A stretch of DNA of 63,142 bases, counting the filler, from Chiloscyllium plagiosum (Eukaryota): NCBI RefSeq assembly GCF_004010195.1. It is 4 parts of one record of this genome, joined end to end, with 100 filler letters (N's around TTAATTAATTAA, not from the genome) between each part and the next. Parts side by side here need not be neighbours in the genome. Positions count along the whole stretch, not along the records: positions 1 to 18,426 come from NC_057716.1; positions 18,527 to 47,512 come from NC_057716.1; 2 more parts are not named here. One strand, written 5' to 3'. A program made the translations under genes and the position numbers. Numbering within the stretch: the first letter of the stretch is position 1; each line of letters begins with the position of its first letter. Below, one piece after another: positions 13,304-25,588 of this stretch. The notes under the pieces are model-generated. The model did not search any database, was not told the origin of the DNA, and worked only from the letters and a program-made list of their open reading frames with translations.

Positions 13304-13563
13304 ATTAGAATAGATTACTTACAGTGTGGAAACAGGGCCCTTTGGCCCAACAAGTCCACCCAGACCCATTCCCCTACATTTACCCCTTCACCTAACACTA
13401 CGGGCAATTTAGCGTGGCCAATTCACCTAACCTGCACGTTTTTGGTTTGTTGGAGGAAACCCACGCAGACACGGGGAGAATATGCAAACTCCACACAGAC
13501 AGGCAGGAATTGAACCCGGGTCTCTGGCGCCGTGAGGCAGCAGTGCTAACCACTGTGCCGCCC
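13304..13563 (-). mobile_element. HE1-like tRNA-derived SINE
   Basis: Minus strand starts GGGCGGCACAGTGGTTAGCACTGCTGCCTCACGGCGCCAGAGACCCGGGTTCAATTCC (Pol III A/B boxes), has the GTGTGGAGTTTGCA core and a CR1-like tail. Confidence 0.85.
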
Positions 13564-13589
13564 AAAATGGGACCTGACTGGGTTAGGAT

Positions 13590-13855
13590 ATTACATTACA
13601 TACAGTGTGGAAACAGGCCCTCAGGGCCAACAAGTCCACACCGACCCTCCTATGTTTACCCTTGACTAATCCACTAACATCACGATATAATTTAGCATGG
13701 CCAATTCACCTGGCCTGCACATCTTTGTGACTGTGGGAGGAAACCCATGGGGAGAATGTGCAAACTCCACACACACTGTTGTCCACGGCAGGAATTGAAC
13801 CCGGGTTCCTGGCGCTGTGAGGCAGCAGTGCTAACCACTGAGCCACTGTGCTGCT
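13590..13855 (-). mobile_element. HE1-like tRNA-derived SINE (second tandem copy)
   Basis: GTGGCTCAGTGGTTAGCACTG...GGTTCAATTCC head; same core and tail. Confidence 0.85.
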
Positions 13856-14289
13856 ATATCCTTCAGATAATCCGATTTTTGGATAATTGGTATTCGGATA
13901 ATCGAGGTTCCTCTGTATTCCTATGCTTATCACTGTTAAAGTAGTAGGCTGCACAATTCACTGTTCCTTAGCCATCTCATCTTACAAGCTTCATTAAACA
14001 ATTGCTATGTTTTCCTGAATGCCCACTGCAATCCAGCACCTTAACAATGGTGATTGTGAGGCCATCACATACAAGAAAGTCTTCAAACACATCAAAAAAT
14101 TAAATTTACTTACAGCAATCAAAAGTGAACAGAAATCAAACAAATGGAAGCTGGGTTTACCTCTTGGGCCACAAATAAACTGCTTGCATGTTGAGCACCA
14201 ACAATTTTACAGTCAGTGATTGATCACTTCACCCAGCTCTCATCTAGTGGAACTGTTTCTCAATTAAGTCCTGTCTGACTTGTAGCGCC

Positions 14290-15200
14290 TGATGCTGCTG
14301 TGTTCTATCATGCACAAGGTGCTGTACCTCCTGTGCAATGTCCTTATCCTCCTCCTCCTCAGAAGACAGGTCCTACTTTCCCAGTTCCTCTGCATCCATC
14401 ACATCCCCTCATTGCCTGCTCCGGTTATGCAGAGGTAGACATGCGAGGATTATGATACACATTCTGTCTGGAATATACTATAAAGCCTAACCAGACTGCT
14501 CCAAGTTGTAGAACTTCCTCTTCAGGAGGCTTCTAGTCTACTCCTCATGGGCCTGGTGGAAAAATGTGCTGCATTTAATCCGCACTCTGCCCCAGGGTTC
14601 CTCAGCTCCCAGGCTTCCTATGATAAATCGATGATCACACATTGCTCGCATGTTGACAGAGTAGTCCTTTTCTGTTGATGAACTCAGTGATGTTATAACA
14701 GGGTCTCTCAGTGTGATGTGGGTCCAGTCCATCACAGCCCATACCTGGGGGAAGCCAGCGATGTTTCCGAATCTTACTGCCGGGGCTACAGCACTCACCT
14801 CATCACAAGAGAATGCGATGGTGCTTTACGATAAGCATGAGTGGCATTGGTCAACCTTGATACATTTGTGGGAGGATGGTCTAAGGATTCTACATGTCTC
14901 CTGTGTCTGCCTGGAAGAAGCCAGTTCCATAAGAGGCCAATGCAGCTGTCACCATGATGGCCACTGGGGTAGGATGGCCACTCAGCCCTTCAGTTTGCAA
15001 GTCCTGCTCCAGCAGCTGGCACAGCTCTGTTACAGTGTCCCAGGATATCCTCAGTCTGTGCCAACCGTGCAGCTCACTCACCCAGAGGAAATGGCATTGA
15101 GGGTTAAAGACCCTGTGCATCCTGAGTGTCCCTTCAGCTGTAGTCTCTTCATGTGGAGGGTATTTGCCATCAACCTCTTCTCTTTACAGCCGCATGTTAC
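14290..15200 (-). mobile_element. Decayed PIF/Harbinger (HARBI1-like DDE) transposase
   Basis: VAIMVTAALASYGTGFFQADTGD, GFPQVWAVMDWTHITL, YSVNMRAMCDH and C-terminal IIILACLPLHN in broken frames. Confidence 0.85.
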
Positions 15201-15619
15201 CTACAAAAGGCATCATTCCATAGAAGAGAGTTTTGAATTAAGTTTACAGTTCAGGCCAATAGGGAAGCATCTAAGGAGATCTTGTATTAGCTGTGTGTGT
15301 TGGGGCCCATGTGCTTCTTTTAAGGTTATCTGTGATTATTCCTGCTTCACATAAATGTCAAAATGCAATCTGAAAGGTTCAATGACATGGTTAACATATC
15401 TTAGGAGCAGCATCTATGTTCTACACACTTGTACACTGCATGTATTTCACATGCACAGCGATGTGATTGTAAATGATTTCACCTTGTACTGGGCTTGTGC
15501 ACGTTTGATACAAATGTCCCTTTCACATAAAATTGAAGCTGTTTTTGACCATCAACCAGACAGTGACTTTGTCTGTTTCGTACGTAGCTGCAAACATTCT
15601 GTACTCATAGTTCACATAT

Positions 15620-16850
15620 AGCAATTGTCAGATGATGGAAGGCAATGCTGTGGATATGATAGCAGGGAAGGTGCAAGATACTGTCAGGTGAGTGCTTATT
15701 TCCTGACCCTCAAAGTCTCCCATTTGTCAGTGTTCCAGGAGTCAGATGAATTAATCACCACCTGCCTACATACAGACACCACACAACATTCATGAATCTT
15801 GACATTATTCAGGTCAAGAACAGTTTGCTTAGATCATCTTCCCTGCCATTGTTCTCTATTTACAATCTCCACACTAGCGCAGTGTGGCTGCAGAATTTAC
15901 TATCTTCGGGTGCACTGCAGCATCTTGCTAAACTTACTTTGTGTGCAGTTCCTTCGACTCTGTCTCTGAAAAAGACAAGAGCAGCAATTCTGTTATAGCA
16001 TAATTTGCTATTTCTCCTCCAAGTCAGACACCATCTTAACTTCAGCACATAACATTGTTCTTTCATTATCAGTGGATCAATAGCCTACAATTCCCTATCG
16101 ATTGATTGAAAGACTCGAATGTTTATTTTGGTGGATGGAATGCTGATCAAGTAGACTGCTTTGTACTGGATTCTACTGAGCCTTTTGAGCTTCTCTGCTG
16201 CCTTATAAGTGGTGGTGAGACTTTGGGGCAGGCTTGGGATAAGGTTATATTCAGGAAATGAGTTTCTCATTACAAAATGCCCAGCCACTGAACTGGTTTA
16301 ATAGTCATGGCATGTATGTTTTGGTTCAGTTGAACTGGCAGTCGATGGTGATCTAGCAATGGGTGATTTGGCAATGGTAGTTTTACTGGCTATCAAGGGT
16401 TGATGATTAGCCTTTTCTTTGTTCAAAATGGTTATTGTTTAGTGCTTGCATGATGAGAATGTTGACACTCCTCAGCCCAGGCCAGGCTGAGAACAAGACC
16501 TTGCTGCTTATGTGGGTTACTTAATTACATGAGGAATGGTAAATACTATGCTTAATCATCCAACAAGCTAGTCTAATATGATGGAGGGAAGTTCATTGCT
16601 AAAGGCGTTTGTACCTAAAATACTACCCTAAGGAATTCCTGCAATGCCGCTTTGACTTCAATTGCCATACGTATGGCTTTAAACAACACAGTTTTCCAAT
16701 TCGGATCGACATCAGTTTTACTAGGGCTCTTTGGTGCTAAACCCGGTCCAGCACTACTGTGATGCTCAGGATAGTCACTCTTGTCTCACAGCTGAAATAT
16801 GACTCCATTTTTGGGCCAATAAGATCTGAAGCAAAAAGAGCATTGGAATC
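15620..16850. mobile_element. Old fragments of the LINE family seen at 1080-1898
   Basis: Decayed nucleotide similarity to 1550-1880 (plus) and to 19200-19600 (minus). Confidence 0.5.
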
Positions 16851-17469
16851 CTCTCATGATGATGATTGAGATTAGACTGACAACGATGTGTTCCTCAGAC
16901 TCTGCTCCTCTTTTTGTTTGTTGCTTCAATTTAATAGAATCACTTTACAGTCATTTGGAAAGTTATTGCACCACAGAGTCTTGATTAATGTTGCATTTTA
17001 ATTGAATTTTGTTCCATATATTCTAATTTAGGCTCAGTGTAATAACTTTAGCATTTTACACCCTTGAGACCATATTACTTTATAATTAGCTTGATGGACC
17101 AAGATATTCATTCATTTTTGTAAGAAAATAGCAATTCACAAAAGCAGTGATAATTATTTTGTCAAGGAACAAAATAAGCAAAGCAAGTTCTTAAATTTTA
17201 AACAATCCTTTGTTTTAAATGTAAAATGATGTTTTAAATTACTTTTAATACCATATCCAAGGCCAAAATATTTCACATTTATATTTTAAGGTAATAGTTA
17301 TCAGTTTTTAGAAAGAGATAAGTTATACCTTGGCAACCATAGATCCATTACTTGAACATCAATAATAAGAAAGATGATTGAGGGAACTATTAGGGAATAC
17401 AATACATGACTGTTTGGTTAGTGGTGGAGGGAGTACATAGAAGACTGTAAAGACCAGGTCATAATGTAG

Positions 17470-17660
17470 CAAAGCAAAATACTGGATGCTAGAAATCTGA
17501 AAAACTTGAAAACGTTTGGATTCTGCAGGTGGAGAGAGAAACCAAGTTAATGTTTTAGGTTGAAGTGGGTACTGCAGATGCTGGAGATTAGAGTGGTGCT
17601 GGAAAAGCACAGCAGGTCAGGCAGCATCCAAGGAGCAGGAAAATTGCTGTTTCGGTCCTG
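17470..17660 (-). mobile_element. Adjacent Penelope pLTR fragments (families C and A)
   Basis: GTGGTGCTGGAAAAGCACAGCAGGTCAGGCAGCATCC matches the family A arm. Confidence 0.7.
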
Positions 17661-17778
17661 CTGAAGGTTGATGACCTTCTCCAGAATTGGGAAAATTTAG
17701 AAATGTAAATATATTCTGATGAAATCAAAGGGAATCGAAGAACAAACTTGAAGGTCTGTGATGGGGTAAGACCAACTC

Positions 17779-18426
17779 GAGGCTGAGGGATGACCTTAAA
17801 GAGGTTTATAAAATCATGAGGGGCAGGGATAGGATAAATAGACAAAGCCGTTTCCCTAGGGTGGGGGAGTCCAGAACTAGAGGGCATAGCTTTAGGGTGA
17901 GAGGGGAAAGATATAAAAGAGACCTAAGGGGCAACTTTTTCACTCAGAGGGTGGTGTGTGTATGGAATGAGCTGTCAGAGGCTGGTGCAATTGCAACATT
18001 TAAAAGGCATCTGGAAGGGTATATGAATAAGAAGGGTTTGGAGGGATATGGGCCAGGTGCTGGCAGATGGGACTAGATTGGGTTGGGATATTTGGTCAGC
18101 ATGGACGAGATGGATCAAAGAGTCTGTTTCCGTGCTGTACTTTGTCTATTTATCCTATCCATGCCCCTCATAATTTTGTAAACCTCTATAAGGTCACCCC
18201 TCAGCCTCTGATGATCCAGGGAAAACAGCGCCAGCCTGTTCAGCCTCTCCCTACAGCTCAAATCCTCCAACCCTGGCAACATCCTTGTAAATCTTTTCTG
18301 AACCCTTTCAAGTTTAACAACATCTTTCCGATAGGAAGGAGACCAGAATTGCACGCAATATCCCAACAGTGGCCTAACCAATGTCCTGTACAGACGTAAC
18401 ATGACCTCCCAACTCCTGTACTCAAT
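17779..18426. mobile_element. Two CR1 3' fragments (plus 17779-18140, minus 18141-18426)
   Basis: ORFs 17816-18076 (+) and 18115-18402 (-): LYRTLVRPLLGYCVQFWSP, LRGDLIEVYKIM, TRGH..WNEL. Confidence 0.9.
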
Positions 18427-18526
18427 NNNNNNNNNNNNNNNNNNNNNNNNNNNNNNNNNNNNNNNNNNNNTTAATTAATTAANNNNNNNNNNNNNNNNNN
18501 NNNNNNNNNNNNNNNNNNNNNNNNNN

Positions 18527-19196
18527 TAATCCTCAGTAACCCTTAAACTCTCTTTAAACTTCCACATCTGACAAGAAGTACATATCACTGCAAAGGCCAT
18601 TTTTGCTCCTTCCAATCTACAGACCCAGAAAAATAACAACGTCTTATTCCTCTACAAACACTGCCCCAGGTTAAATTAATAGCTATGGTTTATATTTTAA
18701 GTTTAATCAAGAGACTTATCTCCAAAAACATATTATCAAGAAAGAATCCACTGTACTCACGACTGCAGCCTTTCTCTTGGACAGACTTAAAACAACAATG
18801 AACTTATCTGATTCTGTGCTGTGAACTTCGCCCAACAGTTCCTCCAAGATTAGTTGTGAATTTCACTGTTTGTTAATTTTCCCAGATGCACTCCGATGTC
18901 CAGCGATACATGAATTCAAACAGCAAAGGCGGTAACTGTGCGGGTTCTCTCTCTCTCTACCTCTCTCTCCTGCACTGTCCTCACCATGTGCTTCCTTTGT
19001 CTGCTCTTCTCCCTTTTAAACTGCTATTGTTTTGACTTTTTTTTCCCAAAGTTCCAAAACAATGCAAAAGCATATAAAACAGTAATTGCTGCTCCTGGAA
19101 TTCAAGGAAATCACCTTCAACGCCTAAAATACCTCAAAAAAAGGAGCAGCTCTTACAGCCAGAAATTTTTCCCATCCTCCATCTTGGATTACCCAG
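18527..19196 (-). mobile_element. Probable LINE 5'UTR-type repeat; related segment at 23693-24000 (+)
   Basis: Shared start AAGATGGAGGA.. and downstream similarity in opposite orientations. Confidence 0.5.
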
Positions 19197-19199
19197 CAT

Positions 19200-21200
19200 A
19201 CGACTACTCCAGTAGCAGAGGCATCATGAATGGTGCTGAATGTTGTGGAATCATTTGCGAACATCTCCATCCTCATTCCTGATCCTGAGTGAATTCCATT
19301 GATGAAGCAGCTGAAAATGATTGACCTTAGGGCCCTACCCTGAGGGACTCCAGCAGCAATGTCATCAGACTGAGATGGTTTGCCTCCAACAACTTTAAAC
19401 TATGTATGACTCCAAAAAATGAAAAGCTCTCCCCCAATTCTCACTTATTCCAATTTTGCTAGGGCTCTTTGGTGCCACACTGGGTCAACTGTGGCCAACA
19501 TGTCAAGGCCAGTCAATCTCACCTCAGCTCTTGCATTCAGCTCTTTTGCACATGTCTGGACTATGATTGTGATGTCATTAGGAGCCTGGTGAGCCTGATG
19601 GAATCTAATCTGAGCATCAGAGAGTTGGTAATGGTGTGCACTGCTGCCACTTGATACAACTCTGTATGTCATGTTCCATCCCTTTGCTGATGATCAGAAG
19701 GAGATTGACAAGGTGATAATTGACCAGATTGGATTTGTTCTAGCTTTTGTGAACAGGATATATCTGGGAAACTTTCCACATTGCCTTAAATGCCAGTTTT
19801 GTAGCTGTACTGGAACATGTTAACTCATGCCTGTCTAGTACTGAGGCACAAGTCTCTTGTTGGAACGTTGTCAGTGCCCATAGTCTTTGCAGTATTCTTT
19901 ACCTTCAGCTCTTTCTTCATGTTGCTTGGAGTGAATTGGAATTGATTGAAGACTGGCATCTGTGATGCTGGGAAGATCAAGAAGAGATCAAGAAGGATCA
20001 TTCACATGGCAATTCTGGCCAAAGATTTTTACAAATGCTTTAGCCTTGTTTTTTGCACGGGATGTGCTGGGATCCCCTATCACTGGTGGGGGGGTTGGGG
20101 GGGGAGGGGGTGTTGGGAGCGGGTGCAATTCTGTAATCTTGTTCTCCAGTTACTTGTTTAATTATCCATCACTATTCATGGGGCTGAATGTGGGGCAGGA
20201 CTGCAGAGCTTTGTTCTGAATCCATTGCATGGGTTTGTTTCTGTTTATGTATCACGTGGTTATTCTGGTGCTGATGTGCAAGTATCCTGTGTTGTAACTT
20301 TACTAGGTTTACACCTCACCTTTTGATATGCCTGTTGCTACTCCTGGCAAACTCTTCTACACAACCCATTGACTGTCGTTTGCCCCATTGTTTGATGGTA
20401 ATGGTAGAGTGGGGGCGAATGCTGAGCCACAAGGTTACAGATTATGGTTGAAAATAATTCTGCTGCTGTGCTGATGGCCTGCGGAACCTCTTGGATGCCT
20501 GTTTTAAGTTGTTGAATCTGTTTAAAATCTATTGCATTCAGCAAGATATTAATGTGATGGATTAATTGTGATGGATCTTATGCTCATTATGACCGCAGAA
20601 CTTTATCATCACAGAAGTTCTGGGCAGTGGTCACTCTACTGATACTGGATCAATGGTGCTAGAAGAGCACAGCAGTTCAGGCAGCATCCGAGGAGCTTCA
20701 GCAAAATCGACGTTTCGGGCAAAAGCATTCCTGATGAAGGGCTTTTGCCCGAAACGTGGATTTTGCTGAAGCTCCTCGGATGCTGCCTGAACTGCTGTGC
20801 TCTTCCAGCACCATTGATCCAGAATCTGGTTTCCAGCATCTGCAGTCATTGTTTTTACCTTTACTCTACTGATACTGTCATGAATGGATACATCTTTAAT
20901 CGTTAGGTTGTGAGGTCAAGATCTAGTGGGTCTTTACTTCTTTTTGGTTCCCTTACCATCTGCACTGACCCAATCTGACAGAAACTTTATTCAGGCTCCT
21001 TCTAATTCAGTCAGAAGTGGTGCTACTGAGCTGTTCTTAGGCAAGGAGTTTAAAGACCTCACCAGGAGGCTACTTGTTCCCTTTCTGTGATCAGTGCTGC
21101 CTCCATGTGGTGCTCAACATGAAGGAGTACTGCTTCTTCAGCCAAACCAGGCAGTAAGTAGTAAACAGTAGGATGGAGTTTCACATCAATCAATGACAAT
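19200..21200 (-). mobile_element. Long degenerate LINE RT region (family of 1080-1898)
   Basis: ELNARAEVRLTGLDMLATVDPVWHQRALAKL corresponds to the LDxxxAFDxVWH RT motif; GVPQG-like sequence at ~19340. Confidence 0.7.
20648..20860 (+). mobile_element. Penelope pLTR hairpin element, family A variant
   Basis: Near-perfect inverted arms; perfect 15-bp TSD ACTCTACTGATACTG at 20633-20647 and 20863-20877; hammerhead core at 20731-20758. Confidence 0.9.
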
Positions 21201-21594
21201 TTCATTGTACCATAACTGAGACTAGTTTATGGTTACAAATGTTTTGTTGTCAATATATTGTATTAATTAATTGTGTGTGAATTCTGTAACCTGTCCATGT
21301 TTACCCTAATGCCATTAGGTCTGGACTCAATATTGAGGACTCCCAGCGGCAACTCCCTCCACACTGTAAGTCACCAGGCTGTTACCTGTCCTTCAGTGTC
21401 TGGGATATTGGCTGTAAGTTATGATTCTGTGTGCAGCTCTCTTAATTTTAGCACATGCACCCAGATGTTAGTAAGGGCGGCTTTGCATATATGTGTTTAC
21501 ATATGCCTTTGTTAATTCCATTGCCTAAGTTAATGACAGATGGACCCTCCAATTTTATTCCATCATGACGTTTCTAGTGTAGCTTGATATATGA

Positions 21595-21830
21595 GTGGTT
21601 TGCTGGGCCATTTCAGAGGATAGTCAACCACATTGCTGTGAATCTATAGTCGCATGTGCGGCATACTAAGTAAGGAGACAAACTTCCTTCCCTGAAGGAC
21701 TTTGGTGCAATAAATATGTTCTTACATTAACCATTAAGAGTTTCAACTCACTACTACTGAGATTTGTTTTCAATTCCAGATTTTATTAGTCAGTTTAATA
21801 ATGGATTGAATTTAAATTCCACAATTGCAC
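21595..21830 (-). mobile_element. Degenerate SINE (family of 30160-30648)
   Basis: Reverse-complement similarity to 30360-30600. Confidence 0.55.
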
Positions 21831-23211
21831 CTTTTCCAAAACCTCAACATTTCCCCACATTTTAAGTAGACAAAATCAAAATGTGAGTATTCCAGCTGAA
21901 ATCCTGACCCTTAACCTCCTAAATTCCAAGGAATACAATCCTAATTTGTGCTCCTTGAATTTTAACCCTTGAGGTAAAATATTTGTTTGTGGTAGTAGGA
22001 TAGACCTGTATTAAACCCTCGGGGCAGACATCACCGCTGGATACTACCGTTCTTCAAATATATCAGTGAAGAACGGTGTGTTGGCCTTTCAAGGATCATT
22101 ATCTGTTCCTAGAAGATTGACACAAGTCTGTACAGCAATGCTACAGAAATACATTTCCCTGCTATGAAGTCCAACTTTATTTCAGGTAATTTTTCTCTCT
22201 ATTTCCTCCAATGCCAATACTTATGTATTCTTGTGCTCTTAATATTAACATAATATGTAGACTGTGCAGCATGTTTAATTACAAAGGAAACAACAATTTA
22301 GACAATGGAGGATGATGCAGATACTGTATAAGCTCAATTCTTTAATACTCCAAATTCTTGTTGGTCAAAGATAATATAGCAAACAATAATGTGGGCTTTG
22401 AAGTGATTGGAACCAGCAATCCAGTCCAAAGTAGTTTGGATGATCTTATAAACTGCAAGGGCAAATTTATGCTAAGGTAATATGTCATTAGCTTCACTCA
22501 CTTCATTCTATGTGCAGATGCTTATAATAAACACTATTATGGTTTACTTTAATTCTGAGAATACTGTCAACCTTACCAATCAGTGCACTCCTTGTGTGAG
22601 GAACAATGTCCAGCTTATTGCAAGTTTATTCAGAACATTTACATACAGATTTTATGTGCCATATATATTATGTTCCTTTCATGGCATTTTAGCTTGTTGA
22701 GCTTCCCACCAACAAAATAAAGCAATTGAAATGTACGTAACTTACAGGTTTCAGCACATCGTGCATAAACCGTACAACAAGCACACACTTTTATTTTCAC
22801 TGTTTCTACTTTTGAGCCTTGTCTCTTTAATAGGAATCACAGAAGGAAAGCCTCTGATTCAGAAAAAGAATGTTGATAAAATAGTGAACATAGCAAATGA
22901 TAATTTCTTCTAACAATTCTTTGTGGGAAAATATGTCTCTAATCGGTCAAAATCAAAGTAAGTGATTTCAATGGAAGCAAGGTGGAGGTTTAAAATAAAA
23001 TGGGTTTAAAACAGCCCAAAATCCAAATCTACTCTAAACCAGTTTGAGTCCTGAGCGGGGCTGTGAGGAGTTTTTCTAAGACTTGGAACTCTAGGGCCAC
23101 AGGCAGGTAGATGACTAGGTACGTGGCATAATCATATCAAGTAATCCTAAAACACTCGAGCTGACATTGTCTGATTAACTGCTAGTCAATGGGTGAGAAA
23201 CATACAATAGT

Positions 23212-23690
23212 GTCATAGTCATAGAGATGTACAGCACAGGAACAGACTCTTCGGTCCAACTTCTCCATGATGACCAGATATCCTAAATTAATCTATCCCA
23301 TTTACTGGCATTTGGCCCATATCCTTCTAAGCCCTTCCTATTCATTTGCCCAAATGCCATTTAAATGTTGTAATTGTACCAGCGTCCACCACTTCTTCTG
23401 GCAGCAAATTCCATACACGCACCACCCTCTGCATGAAAAAGTTGCCCCATAGGTCCCTTTTAAATCTTTCCCCTCTCACCTTTAACCTATGCCCTCTATA
23501 ATTGGACTCCCCTACCCTGGGGAAAAGACCTTGACAATTCACCCTATCTATGCCCCTCATGATCTTATAAACTTCTTTAACATCATCTCTCAGTCTCCAA
23601 AGCTCTAGGGAAATAATCCCAGCCTATTCAGCCTCTCCCTAAAACTCAGACCCTTCAACCCTGGCAAAATTCTTGTAAATCTTTTCTGAA
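23212..23690 (-). mobile_element. CR1 LINE 3' end
   Basis: ORF 23342-23560 MRGIDRV..RGH..FFMQRVVRVWN; TCTATGAC tail. Confidence 0.9.
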
Positions 23691-24419
23691 CTAAGATGGA
23701 GGACAGGAGAAAATTGTGGATATAAAAGCTCCTCCTTTTTTGAAGATTTTTCAGTGTTCGAGCTGGTTTCCTCAATTTCTTGGAGTGTGATTGCTGTTTT
23801 ATAAGCTGGAAAAAAAATCAAAACACTGTACAATAAAATGAGAGAGGGAGCAAGGACCACATGAGAGGAGAAAAAAGGAGCAGTGAATCTCCACAGCTGT
23901 CTGACTAGGCAGTGAACTTTCACAGCTGACTGTCTCTGCTGTGTAGTTTCAAGCATCTCTGGACATTGGAGCTTGGTCTAAGAAAAAAAAGTTGAAACTA
24001 ATCAGCTGGATAGAATCTTCTGGACTGGGACCTTGCAGGAATGGCAGGATGATTTCCTGGTGTGAAATCTGATTTGCTTATAGATGAACTCTTTCTCTGA
24101 GTCACAGGATGAGCATCCCACCTCAAGGTTCCCTGACCAGAGAAGATCCTCCATTCTGTCAGTGGAAGGAGTTTGAATTAAAGGAGCCCTGCATGGCTGC
24201 CTCACCAGCATTTGGAGTTTTGAGGCTGTGATATCTACAGGAATGGAGAGAAGACTTGGGAAAGCTGCTCCCTGGATTCATACTCTTACTTGGAGGTGGT
24301 CCAGTAGGATCTGAGTGAGTGCGGTGATCTTTCCCAGGGGCAGGAAGAAATGGACAAGCCGCACGACAGTGGCTGAATAAAGTCACCAGCAGGAAAGCGC
24401 TCTCTCCAAGCCAACTTCT

Positions 24420-25060
24420 ACCACACAACAGTGCCCCCTGAACTATCAAGGTGATAAGCCACTGGACAATGGGGATCAATTCCAATACCTATCTGTGCCT
24501 TCTTTCAACAAGGGCAGACAATGATGAAATTCAGCATTACCTGCAGTGTGTCAATCTTTGGCAATCTGAGGAAGAGTATTTGATGACAATGTTTTCAGAC
24601 TTGACACCAAATTCGTGATCTACAGGGCAGCAGTATCATCAGACTTCCTATATGCATCAAAGATAGAGACAATGTACAGCAGATATCTCAGTCCCTGGAG
24701 AAATAACCTTTGCAACATCCTAAAAATTCAATGGTGGGATAAACAATCGATGACCAGTGTCCTCCCTCAGGCCAACATCTCCAGTGTTGAGGGTCTGGTT
24801 ACAGTCAATCATCCACATTTGGACAAGCTGCAGCAAGACACAAGACTTCTAATATAAGTTCACCACTTCATCACATCTGACATGGCAAGAAGAATGTCAA
24901 GGAAATGCTTCAAGGATGTCCTCAAATCCCCCCGAAGGAGTAAAATATCCATACCTACCTGTGGAAATCTCTAGCTCAAGATTACTCAAACTGAAGAAAT
25001 ATCAGTAAAGATATTAAACATTTTAAATGTTTCCAACAGGCTCAATTGGAGGCCAAGTGC
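24420..25060 (+). mobile_element. Degenerate RTE-clade LINE C-terminal fragment
   Basis: IYRAAVSSDFLYASKIETMYSRYL...ILKIQWWDK...SVLPQANISSVE resembles the RTE VYRAxVLxxLLYxSETWT...ILxIxWxD motif. Confidence 0.7.
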
Positions 25061-25371
25061 AAAAGCCATATACAGTATAACAGATCCAGGATGTCTGGAG
25101 ATTGGGAAAGGTGAATGGTAGAACATTACCAAATGTCAAGCCCTAAAATATGACTTCCTCAGTTATCTCTAGCAGTCCTCTGAACAACACACCTTGCAGC
25201 TTCACTGTTGTATCTCTACCTTCAGGATCCCTCCATAACCATCTGTACAACCAATACTCACACATCTTCAGCCATTGTCCTCTCATATCCATGCTCTCGG
25301 TTTTTCTTGACAAATGTTATCCTTTCCTCCTCTCCACACAAATCATGAAAACTCATACCTCACTTCATTAG

Positions 25372-25588
25372 GATGAAGGGCTTGTGCCCGAAACGTCGAT
25401 TCTCCTGCTCTGCAGATGCTGCCTGACCAGCTGTGCTTTTCCAACACCACTCTGATCTAAACTCTGGTTTCCAGCATCCTGACTCTGATCTCCAGCATCT
25501 GCAGTCCTCACTTTTTATGCCAGTAAGGGTATTATTGATGGTCCAGCACCACACTCAGGACTCTGATCTCCAGCATCTGCAGTCCTCC
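25372..25588 (+). mobile_element. Penelope pLTR family A fragment with duplicated tail
   Basis: GATGAAGGGCTTGTGCCCGAAACGTCGATT core; the GACTCTGATCTCCAGCATCTGCAGTCCTC tail occurs twice. Confidence 0.8.

Larger units (their letters stand above)
12609..13915. mobile_element. Non-autonomous Tc1/mariner (pogo/Tigger-like) element with two nested SINEs
   Basis: TA TSDs at 12607-12608 and 13916-13917; 23-bp TIRs CAG(G/A)GGAACCTCGATTATC(T/C)GAA (21/23 match); second copy starts at 46571. Confidence 0.85.

Noticed and set aside
13500..13563. tRNA-like sequences (also ~13790-13855 and 57957-58025)
   Set aside because: SINE heads continuing into SINE core and tail; not tRNA genes.
14713..15354. 213-aa plus-strand ORF
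   Set aside because: Antisense to the Harbinger transposase relic, with no recognisable domain.
18427..18526. TTAATTAATTAA palindrome between two 44-N runs (also 47513-47612 and 54405-54504)
   Set aside because: Identical 100-nt construct three times; an artificial all-frame stop spacer for unsized gaps. Contiguity across these gaps is uncertain.
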